This document shows positions 10,559-20,402 of a stretch of 64,000 nucleotides of DNA, one piece after another. The notes beneath the pieces are model-generated. The model saw only the letters and a list, made by a program, of their open reading frames with translations. It was not told the origin of the DNA and ran no database searches. Both the position numbers and the translations under genes were made by a program. Source of the DNA: an uncultured Gammaproteobacteria bacterium (lineage in GTDB: Bacteria > Patescibacteriota > Patescibacteriia > Magasanikbacterales > GWA2-37-8); contig CAZBWU010000005.1 of assembly GCA_964496095.1 (NCBI GenBank), positions 19,704-83,703 of the forward strand, written 5' to 3'. The stretch's first letter is position 1; each line of letters begins with the position of its first letter.

Positions 10559-11002
10559 ATGAAAAAAATTGCACTTATAGTATATGTGTTAGCATCGTTT
10601 GGTATTGTTGCAACAATGGTTATTGTAATGTCAGCGGTTATTTTTGATAACAGTGAATTGAGACCAAGCAGTGATCATGTAACCGATTATATTTCACCAA
10701 CCAGTCGTTATGCGGTAAGAACTCTCTACGACGATAATGAAAGCCCGATTGACATTGTCATAGTTGATGCTAAGAGTGGTGTGTCTGTTGCGGGTATTAG
10801 TCAGGATGCTTATTCGTACGAGATTAGTGAGATTAGTTCGACTATCAAGTTTATCCTCCGTGATAATGAAGGGGTAGAAACGGGAGTGTATGAATTTGAT
10901 ACAAAAAAAGGTGAGTGGATTAATTTACCTGAAATTAGTGATGAGCCAAGTTCATATAATGAGAAGAAGAATGATAGTATAAATTCAAATATCAAAAAAT
11001 AA
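10559..11002 (+). CDS. hypothetical membrane-anchored protein
   Basis: N-terminal TM helix. No motifs. Start moved to the internal ATG (ORF track 10493). Confidence 0.35.
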   Translation: MKKIALIVYVLASFGIVATMVIVMSAVIFDNSELRPSSDHVTDYISPTSRYAVRTLYDDNESPIDIVIVDAKSGVSVAGISQDAYSYEISEISSTIKFILRDNEGVETGVYEFDTKKGEWINLPEISDEPSSYNEKKNDSINSNIKK

Positions 11003-11028
11003 AATTAATTATTATTTTAATTCTAAGT

Positions 11029-12021
11029 ATGAATATTGCTATAAATGGGTTTGGAAGGATAGGAAGGCAAGCCTTCAAAGTCGCTTTTGCCAAAAAAATT
11101 AAAATCGTCGCAATTAATGATTTGACTGATACCAAAACTTTGGCGCACTTACTCAAGTACGATACTGCTTATGGTAAGTATGAATTGCCAGTTGAATACG
11201 ATGAGAAAAATTTGATTGTCAAAGGTAAAAAAATTCCCGTCTTTGCCGAGAAAGACCCTAGTGTTTTGCCTTGGGGCAAATTAAAAGTAGATGTAGTACT
11301 AGAATGTACTGGCAGATTCACCGACAAGGACGGTGCAAGTTTGCACCTCAAAGCTGGTGCCAAAAAGGTAGTGATTAGCGCCCCAGCCAAGGGTGGCGAT
11401 GTGCCGACTTATGTCCGCGCGGTAAATTGTGCAAAGTGCAAAAAAGAAACTTCACCAGTAATCAATAATGCTTCTTGTACTACTAACAATATTGGACCAG
11501 TCATGGCTGTGCTTAATGAAAAATTCGGCATAGAAAAAGCAATGATGACCACCGCTCACGGCTATACTGCCGATCAAAATTTGCAAGACGGTCCGCATAG
11601 AGATTTGCGTCGTGCTAGAGCCGCGGCCGAAAATATTGTACCAACTACTACTGGTGCTGCTATTGCCGTTACCGAAGTTATTCCAGGATTGGTAGGTGTC
11701 TTTGATGGTTTGTCATTGCGTGTGCCAGTACCAACCGTGTCTGTATCGGATATGACAATCTTGTTGAAAAAAAATGTGACCAGAGATGAGGTAAATAAAG
11801 CGCTCGTTGACGCCTCCAAAACCGAAAGATTTAATGGAGTACTCACAACTACCAACGAACAGCTTGTCTCGTCTGATTTTATCGGTGATACTCACTCTGC
11901 TACAGTTGATTTGAGTCTGACAAATGTAGTAGGTGGAAATTTAGTCAAAGTTGTGGCATGGTATGATAATGAAACTGGTTATGCAAATAGGTTAGTTGAG
12001 ATTGCGGAGTTGTATGTTTAA
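11029..12021 (+). CDS. gap: glyceraldehyde-3-phosphate dehydrogenase
   Basis: NGFGRIGR NAD-binding motif. Catalytic ASCTTN. WYDNE C-terminus. Confidence 0.9.
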   Translation: MNIAINGFGRIGRQAFKVAFAKKIKIVAINDLTDTKTLAHLLKYDTAYGKYELPVEYDEKNLIVKGKKIPVFAEKDPSVLPWGKLKVDVVLECTGRFTDKDGASLHLKAGAKKVVISAPAKGGDVPTYVRAVNCAKCKKETSPVINNASCTTNNIGPVMAVLNEKFGIEKAMMTTAHGYTADQNLQDGPHRDLRRARAAAENIVPTTTGAAIAVTEVIPGLVGVFDGLSLRVPVPTVSVSDMTILLKKNVTRDEVNKALVDASKTERFNGVLTTTNEQLVSSDFIGDTHSATVDLSLTNVVGGNLVKVVAWYDNETGYANRLVEIAELYV

Positions 12022-12030
12022 TATATTTTT

Positions 12031-12531
12031 ATGAAAAAATTAGCGTTGTGGTTATTGCCAGTAATTACCTTACTCATTGGTTTTTACTTAGGTTCAATGA
12101 ATGAAAGTTGGAATATTAGAGCGTCCAATTTAAAATCAGCCAAGGGCTCGCTTGTTATTCAACAAGATGAGCCAATTTTTACTTTTGATATACCTGCAGG
12201 CTATGAAACAACTACCTGGGATGGTACTGTGTTATTATGGAAAAAGGGCAGATCTAAGCCTGGCCAGGACGCCGATGCCCACGCCGATTTATTTGCTTAT
12301 GTAAATAGGACAGGTCAAAGTACCCTGCAGCTTACTTCATCAAACCCGAAGCTGCTTCGATCTTTTAGCGTGAATGGGCATGCTGCCAGTTACTATAAAT
12401 TAGCTGATGAGCAGGCTGGTAATCCGTATTTGGTCATCATTGATCTTAATGGTCCTTTGATTGAAATTGAGAGTGCAGATCAAAAATTATTAGATGACGT
12501 TTTAAAAACGTTTAAAGTAGATAACAATTAA
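12031..12531 (+). CDS. hypothetical exported protein
   Basis: Signal/TM at the N-terminus. No family recognised. Confidence 0.35.
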   Translation: MKKLALWLLPVITLLIGFYLGSMNESWNIRASNLKSAKGSLVIQQDEPIFTFDIPAGYETTTWDGTVLLWKKGRSKPGQDADAHADLFAYVNRTGQSTLQLTSSNPKLLRSFSVNGHAASYYKLADEQAGNPYLVIIDLNGPLIEIESADQKLLDDVLKTFKVDNN

Positions 12532-12535
12532 AATT

Positions 12536-13927
12536 ATGAATCGTATTCTCTCAACAGAAACAGCGGATAAAGTTGGTCAGGAAGTTTTGCTCAAAGGCTG
12601 GGTCAATGCCCGCCGAAATATGGGTAAGATTGTCTTTTTGGATTTGCGTGATCGTGAGGGTATTGTGCAGGTAGTGGGAGTGCCAAGCGAACTGGATGAA
12701 CAGTCTGTGGAGCTTCTCAAAGACGTGCGTCCAGAATGGGTATTAGAAATTCATGGCGTGGTAAATGAACGTGGAGCTAAACAAAAAAATCCAGATATGC
12801 CAACTGGTAATGTGGAAGTATTAATGAAAAAATTAGTGATTCTTAATACTGCCGAAACACCTCCGTTTGAAATAGATAAAGATACAAAGGGGATTGGTGA
12901 AGAACTAAGATTAAAATATCGCTATTTGGATTTACGTTCTCAGAGAATGTTAAAAAATTTAGTTTTACGTGATAAGGTAGAAACTTTTTTCCGCGAATAT
13001 TTGCATGCCAAAAATTTTATCGAAGTGGAAACTCCAAATCTTACCAAAGGCACACCGGAAGGATCGCGCGAGTTTTTGGTTCCGTCTCGTATTCATCCAG
13101 GACAAATGTATGTTTTACCTCAATCACCACAACAATTCAAACAACTTTTGATGGTTGGTGGCGTGGAAAAATATTTTCAAGTAGCTAGATGTTTCCGCGA
13201 TGAAGACCAAAGAGGTGATCGTCAACCAGAATTTACCCAACTTGATTTGGAAATGTCTTTTGTAGAAAGAGAAGATGTTTTGAATTTGGTAGAAAATATG
13301 ATGGTAGAAATGGTAGCCAAAATTGCTCCAGAAAAAAAGATTCAGACTGTTCCGTTTCCACGTATTACCTATAAAGAAGCGATGGAAAAATATAATTCGG
13401 ACAAACCGGATTTACGCGCCGACAAAAATGACCAAAACTCTTTTGCTTTTGAGTGGGTGGTAGATTTTCCAATGTTTGAAAAAGCAGACGACGGTTCGGT
13501 GCAAGCCGTACATCATCCGTTTACTTCTCCTCTACCTGAGGATGCCGAGTTGCTTGCTGTTGATCCGTTCAAGGTTCGTGCTAATGCTTATGACTTGGTT
13601 CTCAATGGTAATGAAATTTTCGGTGGTAGTATCCGTATTCATAAACGAGATTTGCAAAATAAAGTTTTTGAGTTGCTTGGCTTGGATGCAGAAACAATTC
13701 AACAAAGATTTGGTCATATTTTGGAAGCCTTTACTTTTGGCGCGCCTCCTCATGGTGGTATCGCCTCCGGTATAGATAGAATCCTTATGATTCTGGCCAA
13801 CGAAGAAAATATTCGTGAAGTTATTCCTTTCCCAAAGACCGGTGACGCGAGAGATCTGATGATGAATGCACCGTCACCGATGCCAGATAAGGCTTTGAAG
13901 GATGTGCATATAAAAATTGATAAATAA
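12536..13927 (+). CDS. aspS: aspartyl-tRNA synthetase, short bacterial-type lacking the GAD insertion
   Basis: Class II motifs: FRDEDQRGDRQPEFTQLDLEMSF (motif 2) and GGSIRIH...GAPPHGGIASGIDR (motif 3). N-terminal OB fold. Confidence 0.85.
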   Translation: MNRILSTETADKVGQEVLLKGWVNARRNMGKIVFLDLRDREGIVQVVGVPSELDEQSVELLKDVRPEWVLEIHGVVNERGAKQKNPDMPTGNVEVLMKKLVILNTAETPPFEIDKDTKGIGEELRLKYRYLDLRSQRMLKNLVLRDKVETFFREYLHAKNFIEVETPNLTKGTPEGSREFLVPSRIHPGQMYVLPQSPQQFKQLLMVGGVEKYFQVARCFRDEDQRGDRQPEFTQLDLEMSFVEREDVLNLVENMMVEMVAKIAPEKKIQTVPFPRITYKEAMEKYNSDKPDLRADKNDQNSFAFEWVVDFPMFEKADDGSVQAVHHPFTSPLPEDAELLAVDPFKVRANAYDLVLNGNEIFGGSIRIHKRDLQNKVFELLGLDAETIQQRFGHILEAFTFGAPPHGGIASGIDRILMILANEENIREVIPFPKTGDARDLMMNAPSPMPDKALKDVHIKIDK

Positions 13928-13931
13928 AATC

Positions 13932-14627
13932 ATGTCCGCCGAATTAAAATTAGAAAAATTTGAAGGACCTCTGGATTTATTATTGCAACTGATTGATCAA
14001 GAAAAGTTAAGTATTACTGAAGTGGCGATATCCAAAGTCACGGAACAGTTTTTTTTGTATTTAGACAAGTTAGAAGAAGATCGTCCGGAAAAGTTGGCAG
14101 ATTTTTTGGTGGTAGCCACCAAGCTTATCCATCTCAAATCTCATAGTCTATTGCAATACGCCATGCCCGAGACAGAGGATAATGGTCCGGCGCTCGCTGA
14201 TCAATTGAAATTATATAAACAGTATGTAGATGCGAGCCGTACTATTAGCAGTTTCTGGGAAGAGGGCAAGGTCGCTTATGGCAGATTGGAACCGCCGATA
14301 AAAAACAAAGAATTTGTTTTGCCAAGTAATGTCAATCAGGACAATTTATATAAGGCAATGACTGTATTGTTGCGCCGACTAAAGCCGGTTGAGGCTTTAC
14401 CAAAAGTGACAATAGATCATTCGGTGTCTGTCAAACAAAAAATAGATATTATTCGTAATTTATTAAAAGGTAGTAAAGAATTTAGTTTTAATACTTTGCT
14501 ATCATCTGCCCAAAATAAAACTGAAGTAATTATGAATTTTTTGGCCGTGTTGGAACTGTTAAAAGAAAAGTCTATTTTTGTAAAACAAAGCCTGTCATTT
14601 GATGATATGCTAATTGTAAAAAAATAA
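13932..14627 (+). CDS. scpA: segregation and condensation protein A
   Basis: LEKFEGPLDLLLQLI kleisin N-terminus. Followed by scpB. ATG start preferred over the upstream TTG at 13917. Confidence 0.8.
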   Translation: MSAELKLEKFEGPLDLLLQLIDQEKLSITEVAISKVTEQFFLYLDKLEEDRPEKLADFLVVATKLIHLKSHSLLQYAMPETEDNGPALADQLKLYKQYVDASRTISSFWEEGKVAYGRLEPPIKNKEFVLPSNVNQDNLYKAMTVLLRRLKPVEALPKVTIDHSVSVKQKIDIIRNLLKGSKEFSFNTLLSSAQNKTEVIMNFLAVLELLKEKSIFVKQSLSFDDMLIVKK

Positions 14628-14630
14628 ATT

Positions 14631-15167
14631 ATGTCTATCCAATCAAAATTAGAATCAGTTCTCTTTGTTGCTTCCAAGCCAGTCGCTACTAAAAAATTAG
14701 TGAGTGTATTGAAGACAGATGAAAAGGAAGTTTTGGAAGCTTTGCAAACTTTACAAGACAAATATAATCAGCCTGATTTTGGGATTGTGATTCTAAAAAA
14801 TAATGACGAATGGCAGATGGTGGCTAGTCCTGATAATAGAGAAGAAGCCGAAAATTTTATGAAGGCCGAAGTGTCTGGAGAGCTTACTCGTCCTCAGCTA
14901 GAAACTCTGACTGTTATTTCTTATTGTGGACCAATTACCAAGCCAGAACTAGAACAAATCAGAGGTGTGAACTGCGGTCTCATTTTGCGTAATCTGATGT
15001 TGCGCGGATTAGTAAAAGAAAACGAAGACACTTCTAGCTTGTTGCCAGCGTATGAAACTACAATGGAATACCTAAGACACATGGGAATAAACAAGTTGGA
15101 GGATTTGCCAGATTATGCTCAGCTACATAATCATCCTTATATTACGAATTTAAATAATGAACAGTAA
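14631..15167 (+). CDS. scpB: segregation and condensation protein B
   Basis: ScpB winged-helix pattern (LESVLFVASKPV..., LTRPQLETLTVISY). Operonic with scpA. Confidence 0.8.
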   Translation: MSIQSKLESVLFVASKPVATKKLVSVLKTDEKEVLEALQTLQDKYNQPDFGIVILKNNDEWQMVASPDNREEAENFMKAEVSGELTRPQLETLTVISYCGPITKPELEQIRGVNCGLILRNLMLRGLVKENEDTSSLLPAYETTMEYLRHMGINKLEDLPDYAQLHNHPYITNLNNEQ

Positions 15168-16188
15168 GGTTCCTATGCCCACCAAAATCACAGATTTTCT
15201 TTCCTCGTTTGGCATGATGCTTGCCGGTATTTTTTTGCTATTTTTTTCTTCTGTATATTTTTCATCTGATAAAAATCTTTCTTTTTTACATTTACCAACC
15301 AGTGGTAAACGTACCGCCACTGTCGGTGGAGATATTGCTATAGAAAATTTGCCGGTAAGCAAACCAATTGTACCGCTGCCTAAAAATACAGGAATGTTTA
15401 ATAGTCCGCTCACTGCTGTCTCAGCCATAGTACTTGATACCAAAACTAAAACTGTTTTATTTAAAAAAAACACAGATGAAATCAGACCGCTCGCTAGTAT
15501 CACAAAACTCATGTCTGTCATGGTGTTGCTTGATTTGTCGCCAAATTGGAATGCTACCGCCACTATTACCGAAGCCGATTTGGATGCGGATCATCACGTG
15601 GAGGTGGGGGAGACATTTACGCTTGATGATTTATGGCACGCGGTGCTCATCGGATCTTCTAATACGGCTATCAATGCCTTGGTGCGCAGCACCGGTCTGA
15701 CCACTGAACAGTTTGTTTTAAAAATGAATCAGAAAGGGCAGGAGTTACGTTTGAAGTCCGCATTTTTTGATGAGCCGACTGGTTTGTCAGATAAAAATGT
15801 AGCCAGCGCTTTGGATACGGCCAGAATGCTTATTGATGCGCTTAAGTTTGAAAAAATTTATGACACCGTGCAGATAAGCGAATATTATATCCATCCTCTT
15901 CAAAGCAAAAAAGCAAGAAGAATCTGGACCACGAATTGGCTTCTTACTAACTGGGTGCCAAATAATTTTAAAGTAGAAAACATTGCGGGCAAGACTGGCT
16001 ATATCGATAATTCAGGTTATAACTTTGCGGTTAGTTTGGGTGATGACAAGGATCATAATATTACCGTAGTTGTTTTGGGCGCAGCCACCAATGAAGAAAG
16101 ATTTAGCGAGGCTCGCGATTTGGCAAAGTGGACTTTTGATCATTATCTCTGGCCGGATCAGGATGGGTATGAGGGGTTGGTGGAGTAA
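15157..16188 (+). CDS. D-alanyl-D-alanine carboxypeptidase (peptidase S11, PBP5-like)
   Basis: SxxK (SITK), SxN (SSN), KTG (KTGY) active-site triad. N-terminal membrane anchor. Confidence 0.75.
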   Translation: MNSKVPMPTKITDFLSSFGMMLAGIFLLFFSSVYFSSDKNLSFLHLPTSGKRTATVGGDIAIENLPVSKPIVPLPKNTGMFNSPLTAVSAIVLDTKTKTVLFKKNTDEIRPLASITKLMSVMVLLDLSPNWNATATITEADLDADHHVEVGETFTLDDLWHAVLIGSSNTAINALVRSTGLTTEQFVLKMNQKGQELRLKSAFFDEPTGLSDKNVASALDTARMLIDALKFEKIYDTVQISEYYIHPLQSKKARRIWTTNWLLTNWVPNNFKVENIAGKTGYIDNSGYNFAVSLGDDKDHNITVVVLGAATNEERFSEARDLAKWTFDHYLWPDQDGYEGLVE

Positions 16189-16258
16189 AATTAAATTATT
16201 TATGTACAAAAATGGAAGAAAGTGTTAATTTATATATTAATTTACTAATTTTAAACTT

Positions 16259-16549
16259 ATGACAAGAGAATCTATAGGTGAAAAAGTACCAGTTAATGCG
16301 GGTGAAGCAAAAGCAAGCCTGCTTCAGTATTTGGGAGGCTCGGAAAGTGATTTAGATCCTAGAGCACTTAGTTTTTATTTTGGCACTTATGACGTCCCCG
16401 AGGAGGCGATTAAAGATGTGGAAGTCCAAGCTCGGGTCGATCGTTTGCTAACAGAATTTGCTGAACCCACCGAAATAGGTGTAAGTGAATATGCGATAAG
16501 GCAAGAAAAGAAAATAGCGGATCTGCTAACTGGATTATTTAAAGGTTAG
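16259..16549 (+). CDS. hypothetical small protein
   Basis: 96-aa ORF. No motifs. Confidence 0.3.
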   Translation: MTRESIGEKVPVNAGEAKASLLQYLGGSESDLDPRALSFYFGTYDVPEEAIKDVEVQARVDRLLTEFAEPTEIGVSEYAIRQEKKIADLLTGLFKG

Positions 16550-16627
16550 TTTGACAGCATCTTCTCCAAATGTAACAAAAGTAGTATAATTGTATTATCT
16601 ATTATATGTAGTTTTTGTTTTTTAAGT

Positions 16628-16720
16628 TGTCATCCCGAGAGGGGTTAACACCCCCGAGGGATCTCTGTCCGGTTACCGTTGATTGAGACAGAGATTCCTC
16701 CTTCGTCGTCGGAATGACAA
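16628..16720. repeat. MITE-like palindromic repeat, copy B
   Basis: TGTCATCCCGAG-GGGGTTAACACCCCC-GAGGGATCTCTGTC ... GACAGAGATTCCTCC...GGAATGACAA. About 90% identical to copy C. Ends 13 nt before the pgk ATG. Confidence 0.75.
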
Positions 16721-16733
16721 AAACATTTTTAAG

Positions 16734-17900
16734 ATGAAATCCGTTGAACATCTTGGAAAATTAATCGGCAAAACCGTACTCTTGCGAGTTGATTTTAATG
16801 TTCCGCTCAAAGGCAAGAAAGTTTTGGATAATTATAAAATAAAAAAGAGTTTGGGCACTATCAAGTTTTTGGTTGAGCGTGGAGCAAGGGTAATTATTGT
16901 AAGTCATCTAGGTAGACCAGTCGGAGTAGATAAAAAACTGAGTCTCAAGCCGGTTGCTTTAGAACTTGGTAAATTCTTACAGAAAGATGTGCCGTTGCTG
17001 GATGTTTTGAATTTAACAAAAACAAAAATTCAAATTGAAAAATTATCACCTGCGACAGTGGTAATGTTAGAAAATATACGTTTTGTTAAAGGCGAAGAGG
17101 ATAATTCGGATAAGTTTGCCAAGGAGTTAGCTGCGTTGGCAGATATGTTCGTCTTAGACGGATTTGCGGTAGCGCATCGCCAATCTGCGTCTGTCTCAGG
17201 AGTGGCCAAATTTTTACCATCGTATGCCGGTTTACTTTTGGAAGAAGAAATCCAAGGGTTGGATAGAGTGGTCAAGAAACCAAAAAAACCACTGGTGTTA
17301 GTGCTAGGCGGAATCAAGATGGAAACAAAAATAAATGTTTTAAAAAATTTCTTAAAAATTGCCGATTACATCCTCGTGGGCGGGGGAATATTTAATACGT
17401 ATCTCTGGGCCAAGGGCTATAAAATCGGTTCGTCACTAGTTGATAAAAAATTTAAAAAAGAAATTTTGGAATACTGCGCTAAGAAAAAAATTATTCTACC
17501 AGTCGATGTAATTGTTGGTCCGGCTAACGGTAAGAAGGCTAAGGCAGTAGGAGTTAAAGATATTAAGTTAAAGCCGGGTGTTAGTATTTATGATCTCGGT
17601 CCGCAAACAATCAAACTATTTTCTAAATATATCAAAAAAGCGCAAACATTGGTGTGGAATGGGGCGATGGGAAATTTTGAACAGCACCCATACGAATATG
17701 CTACTTATTCAGTAGCGCACCTGATAGCTTCTCAGTCTAAGAGAAAAGCATTTGGAGTGGTAGGTGGAGGAGAGACAATTGAAATATTTAAAAAATTAAA
17801 TCTACTATCTGATATTGATTTGGCTTCTACTGGAGGCGGATCTATGCTAGAATATATCAGTGGAAAGAAATTACCTGGTATCGAAGCGTTAAAGAATTAA
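16734..17900 (+). CDS. pgk: phosphoglycerate kinase
   Basis: LLRVDFNVP N-terminus, GGGETI..., hinge and C-domain motifs. Start at the internal ATG after the repeat. Confidence 0.9.
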   Translation: MKSVEHLGKLIGKTVLLRVDFNVPLKGKKVLDNYKIKKSLGTIKFLVERGARVIIVSHLGRPVGVDKKLSLKPVALELGKFLQKDVPLLDVLNLTKTKIQIEKLSPATVVMLENIRFVKGEEDNSDKFAKELAALADMFVLDGFAVAHRQSASVSGVAKFLPSYAGLLLEEEIQGLDRVVKKPKKPLVLVLGGIKMETKINVLKNFLKIADYILVGGGIFNTYLWAKGYKIGSSLVDKKFKKEILEYCAKKKIILPVDVIVGPANGKKAKAVGVKDIKLKPGVSIYDLGPQTIKLFSKYIKKAQTLVWNGAMGNFEQHPYEYATYSVAHLIASQSKRKAFGVVGGGETIEIFKKLNLLSDIDLASTGGGSMLEYISGKKLPGIEALKN

Positions 17901-17965
17901 AATTTTTATTAATTAATAATCTGAATCGTTTGCTTTACGCAATATGATTCGTAAGGAGATAATTT

Positions 17966-18826
17966 ATGCCTTTACCAACAGGCGGAAATAAGCCGGAACA
18001 AGCAGTCAGTAGTATGAATGTGGGAAGTAGTTGTGGAAAATGTATGGGAGCATGCCATCACCATTTTGGCAAAAAAATAATGTGGACAGTTGTGGGAATT
18101 CTTTTGGTTTATGGAGTTTTTTATGTTGGTACTTTGATTCGAAACAATGTCAAAGAGTATGATTTTATTGGCAAAGCGCCACGCATGGAACGAAGTATTA
18201 ATATAAATGGTTTTGGTAAAGTTACAGGCAATAATGATATTGCCATGACTACAATTGGTTATTCCAACACCAATAAAGATGTAGCTGTAGCTCAAGTAGA
18301 AAACAAGAAAGTAATGGATCAAATTTTCGCGGAACTGAAAAAAATTGGTGTAGATGAAAAAGATTTGCAAAGCAATTACAGTATTTATCCTGAGTATAAT
18401 TACACCCAAGAAAAAGGCCAGGAACTTAAGGGTTATAAAGTTAGTAACAGTTTGACTATCAAGATTCGCGATCTTAATAAAATTAGCAATATCTTAGGTT
18501 TGGCTGGTAAATTTGGCGCTACTGAAGTTAATGGTTTAAACTTTACTATTGATGATACTGAGAATTTGAAAGCTCAAGCTAGAGAAAAAGCTTTGGTTGA
18601 CGCTAGAGCCAAGGCAGAGGTTTTGGCTAGCAAGTTGCATGTGCGTTTAGGTGGATTGATCAGTTATTATGAGAGTGAAGTAATGCCTGATATGTATGCA
18701 GTTAAGAGCTATGACATGGCTATGGGCATGGGAGGCGCACCAATGAATGCTGGTCCGGCCGCCGTTTCTTCTGGTAGTAAAGAAGTTAGTATGAATGTCA
18801 ATGTCATGTACGAAATTTTACAGTAG
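17966..18826 (+). CDS. SIMPL/DUF541-family (YggE-like) protein with an N-terminal Cys/His-rich cytoplasmic segment and one TM helix
   Basis: AAGGAG Shine-Dalgarno 7 nt upstream. CGKCMGACHHHF cluster, then a TM helix. C-terminal region resembles SIMPL proteins (family by recall). Confidence 0.55.
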   Translation: MPLPTGGNKPEQAVSSMNVGSSCGKCMGACHHHFGKKIMWTVVGILLVYGVFYVGTLIRNNVKEYDFIGKAPRMERSININGFGKVTGNNDIAMTTIGYSNTNKDVAVAQVENKKVMDQIFAELKKIGVDEKDLQSNYSIYPEYNYTQEKGQELKGYKVSNSLTIKIRDLNKISNILGLAGKFGATEVNGLNFTIDDTENLKAQAREKALVDARAKAEVLASKLHVRLGGLISYYESEVMPDMYAVKSYDMAMGMGGAPMNAGPAAVSSGSKEVSMNVNVMYEILQ

Positions 18827-18841
18827 TTATAGCCAAAAAAA

Positions 18842-18873
18842 GCCCTGTCCTTATCAAAGGCGGGGCTTTTTTG
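18842..18873 (+). terminator. rho-independent terminator
   Basis: AGCCCTGTCC...GGCGGGGCT imperfect hairpin plus TTTTTTG. Confidence 0.5.
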
Positions 18874-18926
18874 TTTGAAAACATTGTGATATACTAGATT
18901 TAATAAACTAAAGCTTAACTTTTTAT

Positions 18927-19018
18927 TGTCATCCCGAGTGGGGTAAACACCCCCGAGAGATCTCTGTCCGGTTACTGTTGATTGGGACAGAGATTCCTCC
19001 TTTGTTGTCGGAATGACA
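18927..19018. repeat. MITE-like palindromic repeat, copy C
   Basis: Near-identical to copy B. Ends 13 nt before the eno ATG. Confidence 0.75.
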
Positions 19019-19031
19019 GAAATTATTTTGT

Positions 19032-20279
19032 ATGCGCATAAAACAAATCATGGCGAGAGAAATTCTTGATTCCCGTGGTAATCCTACGGTAGAGGCAAAG
19101 GTAGTCTTGGAAAATGGTCTTAGTGCCATTGCCAAAGTGCCGTCAGGGGCTTCTACCGGCACGCACGAAGCCTTAGAGTTACGAGATGGCGGTAAACGTT
19201 ATGGTGGTAAAGGAGTCTTGAGAGCTGTAAAAAATGTTAATACAATTATCGCTAAATCAATTGTTGGGATGGAAGTAGAAGAGATAGAAAAAATAGATGC
19301 CAAGATGTTGTCACTTGATGGTACAAAAAATAAATCCAAACTTGGCGCTAATGCAATTTTGGCAGTATCGCTCTCTGTTGCTCGAGCTGGAGCAATGTCA
19401 GTCAAGTTGCCTTTATATAAGTATATTAGACAAGTTTATAAAATAGATGAAAAGAATTTTCGCCTGCCTGTGCTGGCTATGAATATTATCAATGGTGGCA
19501 GACACGCAGACAACGGCTTGTCTATCCAAGAGTTTATGATTTTACCAAAGCACAAACTTTTGCGAGAGCGAGTGCGTATGGGTTCGCAAATTTTTCATGC
19601 CTTGGCCGGATTGTTGAGTCAAAAAGGTTATGCGACTGGCGTCGGTGATGAGGGTGGTTTTGCGCCTGAATTATTGAATAATGAAAGAGGCTTGCAATTG
19701 ATTATGGAAGCTATTAAATTAGCCGGCTGGGTGCCAGGCAAGGATGTATTTTTAGGGCTTGATATTGCCGCCTCTGAATTTTATCGTCATGGTAATTATT
19801 ATTTCATGAATAAAAAGCAAGGTTGGTCTGCCGGTAAAATGATAGATATTTTCAAACAATGGATTAAGAAGTATCCAATTATTTCTATTGAAGATGGTTT
19901 GTCCGAGGACGATTGGGCAAATTGGCAAATTTTAACAAAAGAGTTGGGCGGTAAATTGGCTTTGGTTGGCGATGATTTATTTGTGACAAATGTCGATAGG
20001 ATTGCTCGAGGTATTAAAGAAGGTGTGGCCAATACGGTTTTAATTAAAGTTAACCAAATTGGTACACTATCTGAAACCATGGCTGCCATCAAATTGGCTC
20101 GTCAAAATAAGTATCAAATTTTTATTTCTCATCGTAGCGGTGAGACCGCCGATACTTTTATTGCCGATTTGGCGGTGGCGGTAAATTCCGAATTTATCAA
20201 AACCGGATCAATGTCCCGTTCCGAAAGAGTCGAAAAATATAACAGATTGATGGAGATAGAAGAAGAACTGGGAATGTAA
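19032..20279 (+). CDS. eno: enolase
   Basis: AREILDSRGNPTVE N-terminus. SHRSGETED-like motif (SHRSGETAD). Length 415 aa. Confidence 0.95.
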   Translation: MRIKQIMAREILDSRGNPTVEAKVVLENGLSAIAKVPSGASTGTHEALELRDGGKRYGGKGVLRAVKNVNTIIAKSIVGMEVEEIEKIDAKMLSLDGTKNKSKLGANAILAVSLSVARAGAMSVKLPLYKYIRQVYKIDEKNFRLPVLAMNIINGGRHADNGLSIQEFMILPKHKLLRERVRMGSQIFHALAGLLSQKGYATGVGDEGGFAPELLNNERGLQLIMEAIKLAGWVPGKDVFLGLDIAASEFYRHGNYYFMNKKQGWSAGKMIDIFKQWIKKYPIISIEDGLSEDDWANWQILTKELGGKLALVGDDLFVTNVDRIARGIKEGVANTVLIKVNQIGTLSETMAAIKLARQNKYQIFISHRSGETADTFIADLAVAVNSEFIKTGSMSRSERVEKYNRLMEIEEELGM

Positions 20280-20282
20280 TGT

Positions 20283-20392
20283 TGTCATCCCGAGCGAGCC
20301 CTTAAGGGCCACGAGGGATCTATCCAAGAAAAATTTTGTTAACAGAAAGATTCTCCGCGGAGTTTGTACCCTTTAGGGTGTTCAGAATGATA
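20283..20392. repeat. MITE-like palindromic repeat, copy D (divergent subfamily)
   Basis: TGTCATCCCGAGCGAGCCCTTAAGGGCCACGAGGGATCT...GGGTGTTCAGAATGATAA. Its reverse-complement-like partner is copy G. Ends 10 nt before the gpmI ATG. Confidence 0.65.
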
Positions 20393-20402
20393 ATTGTAAA
20401 AT

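Noticed and set aside
16551-16591. Sigma70 promoter (TTGACA ... TATAAT) upstream of repeat copy B
   Set aside because: The two hexamers are about 30 nt apart, which is not a functional spacing.
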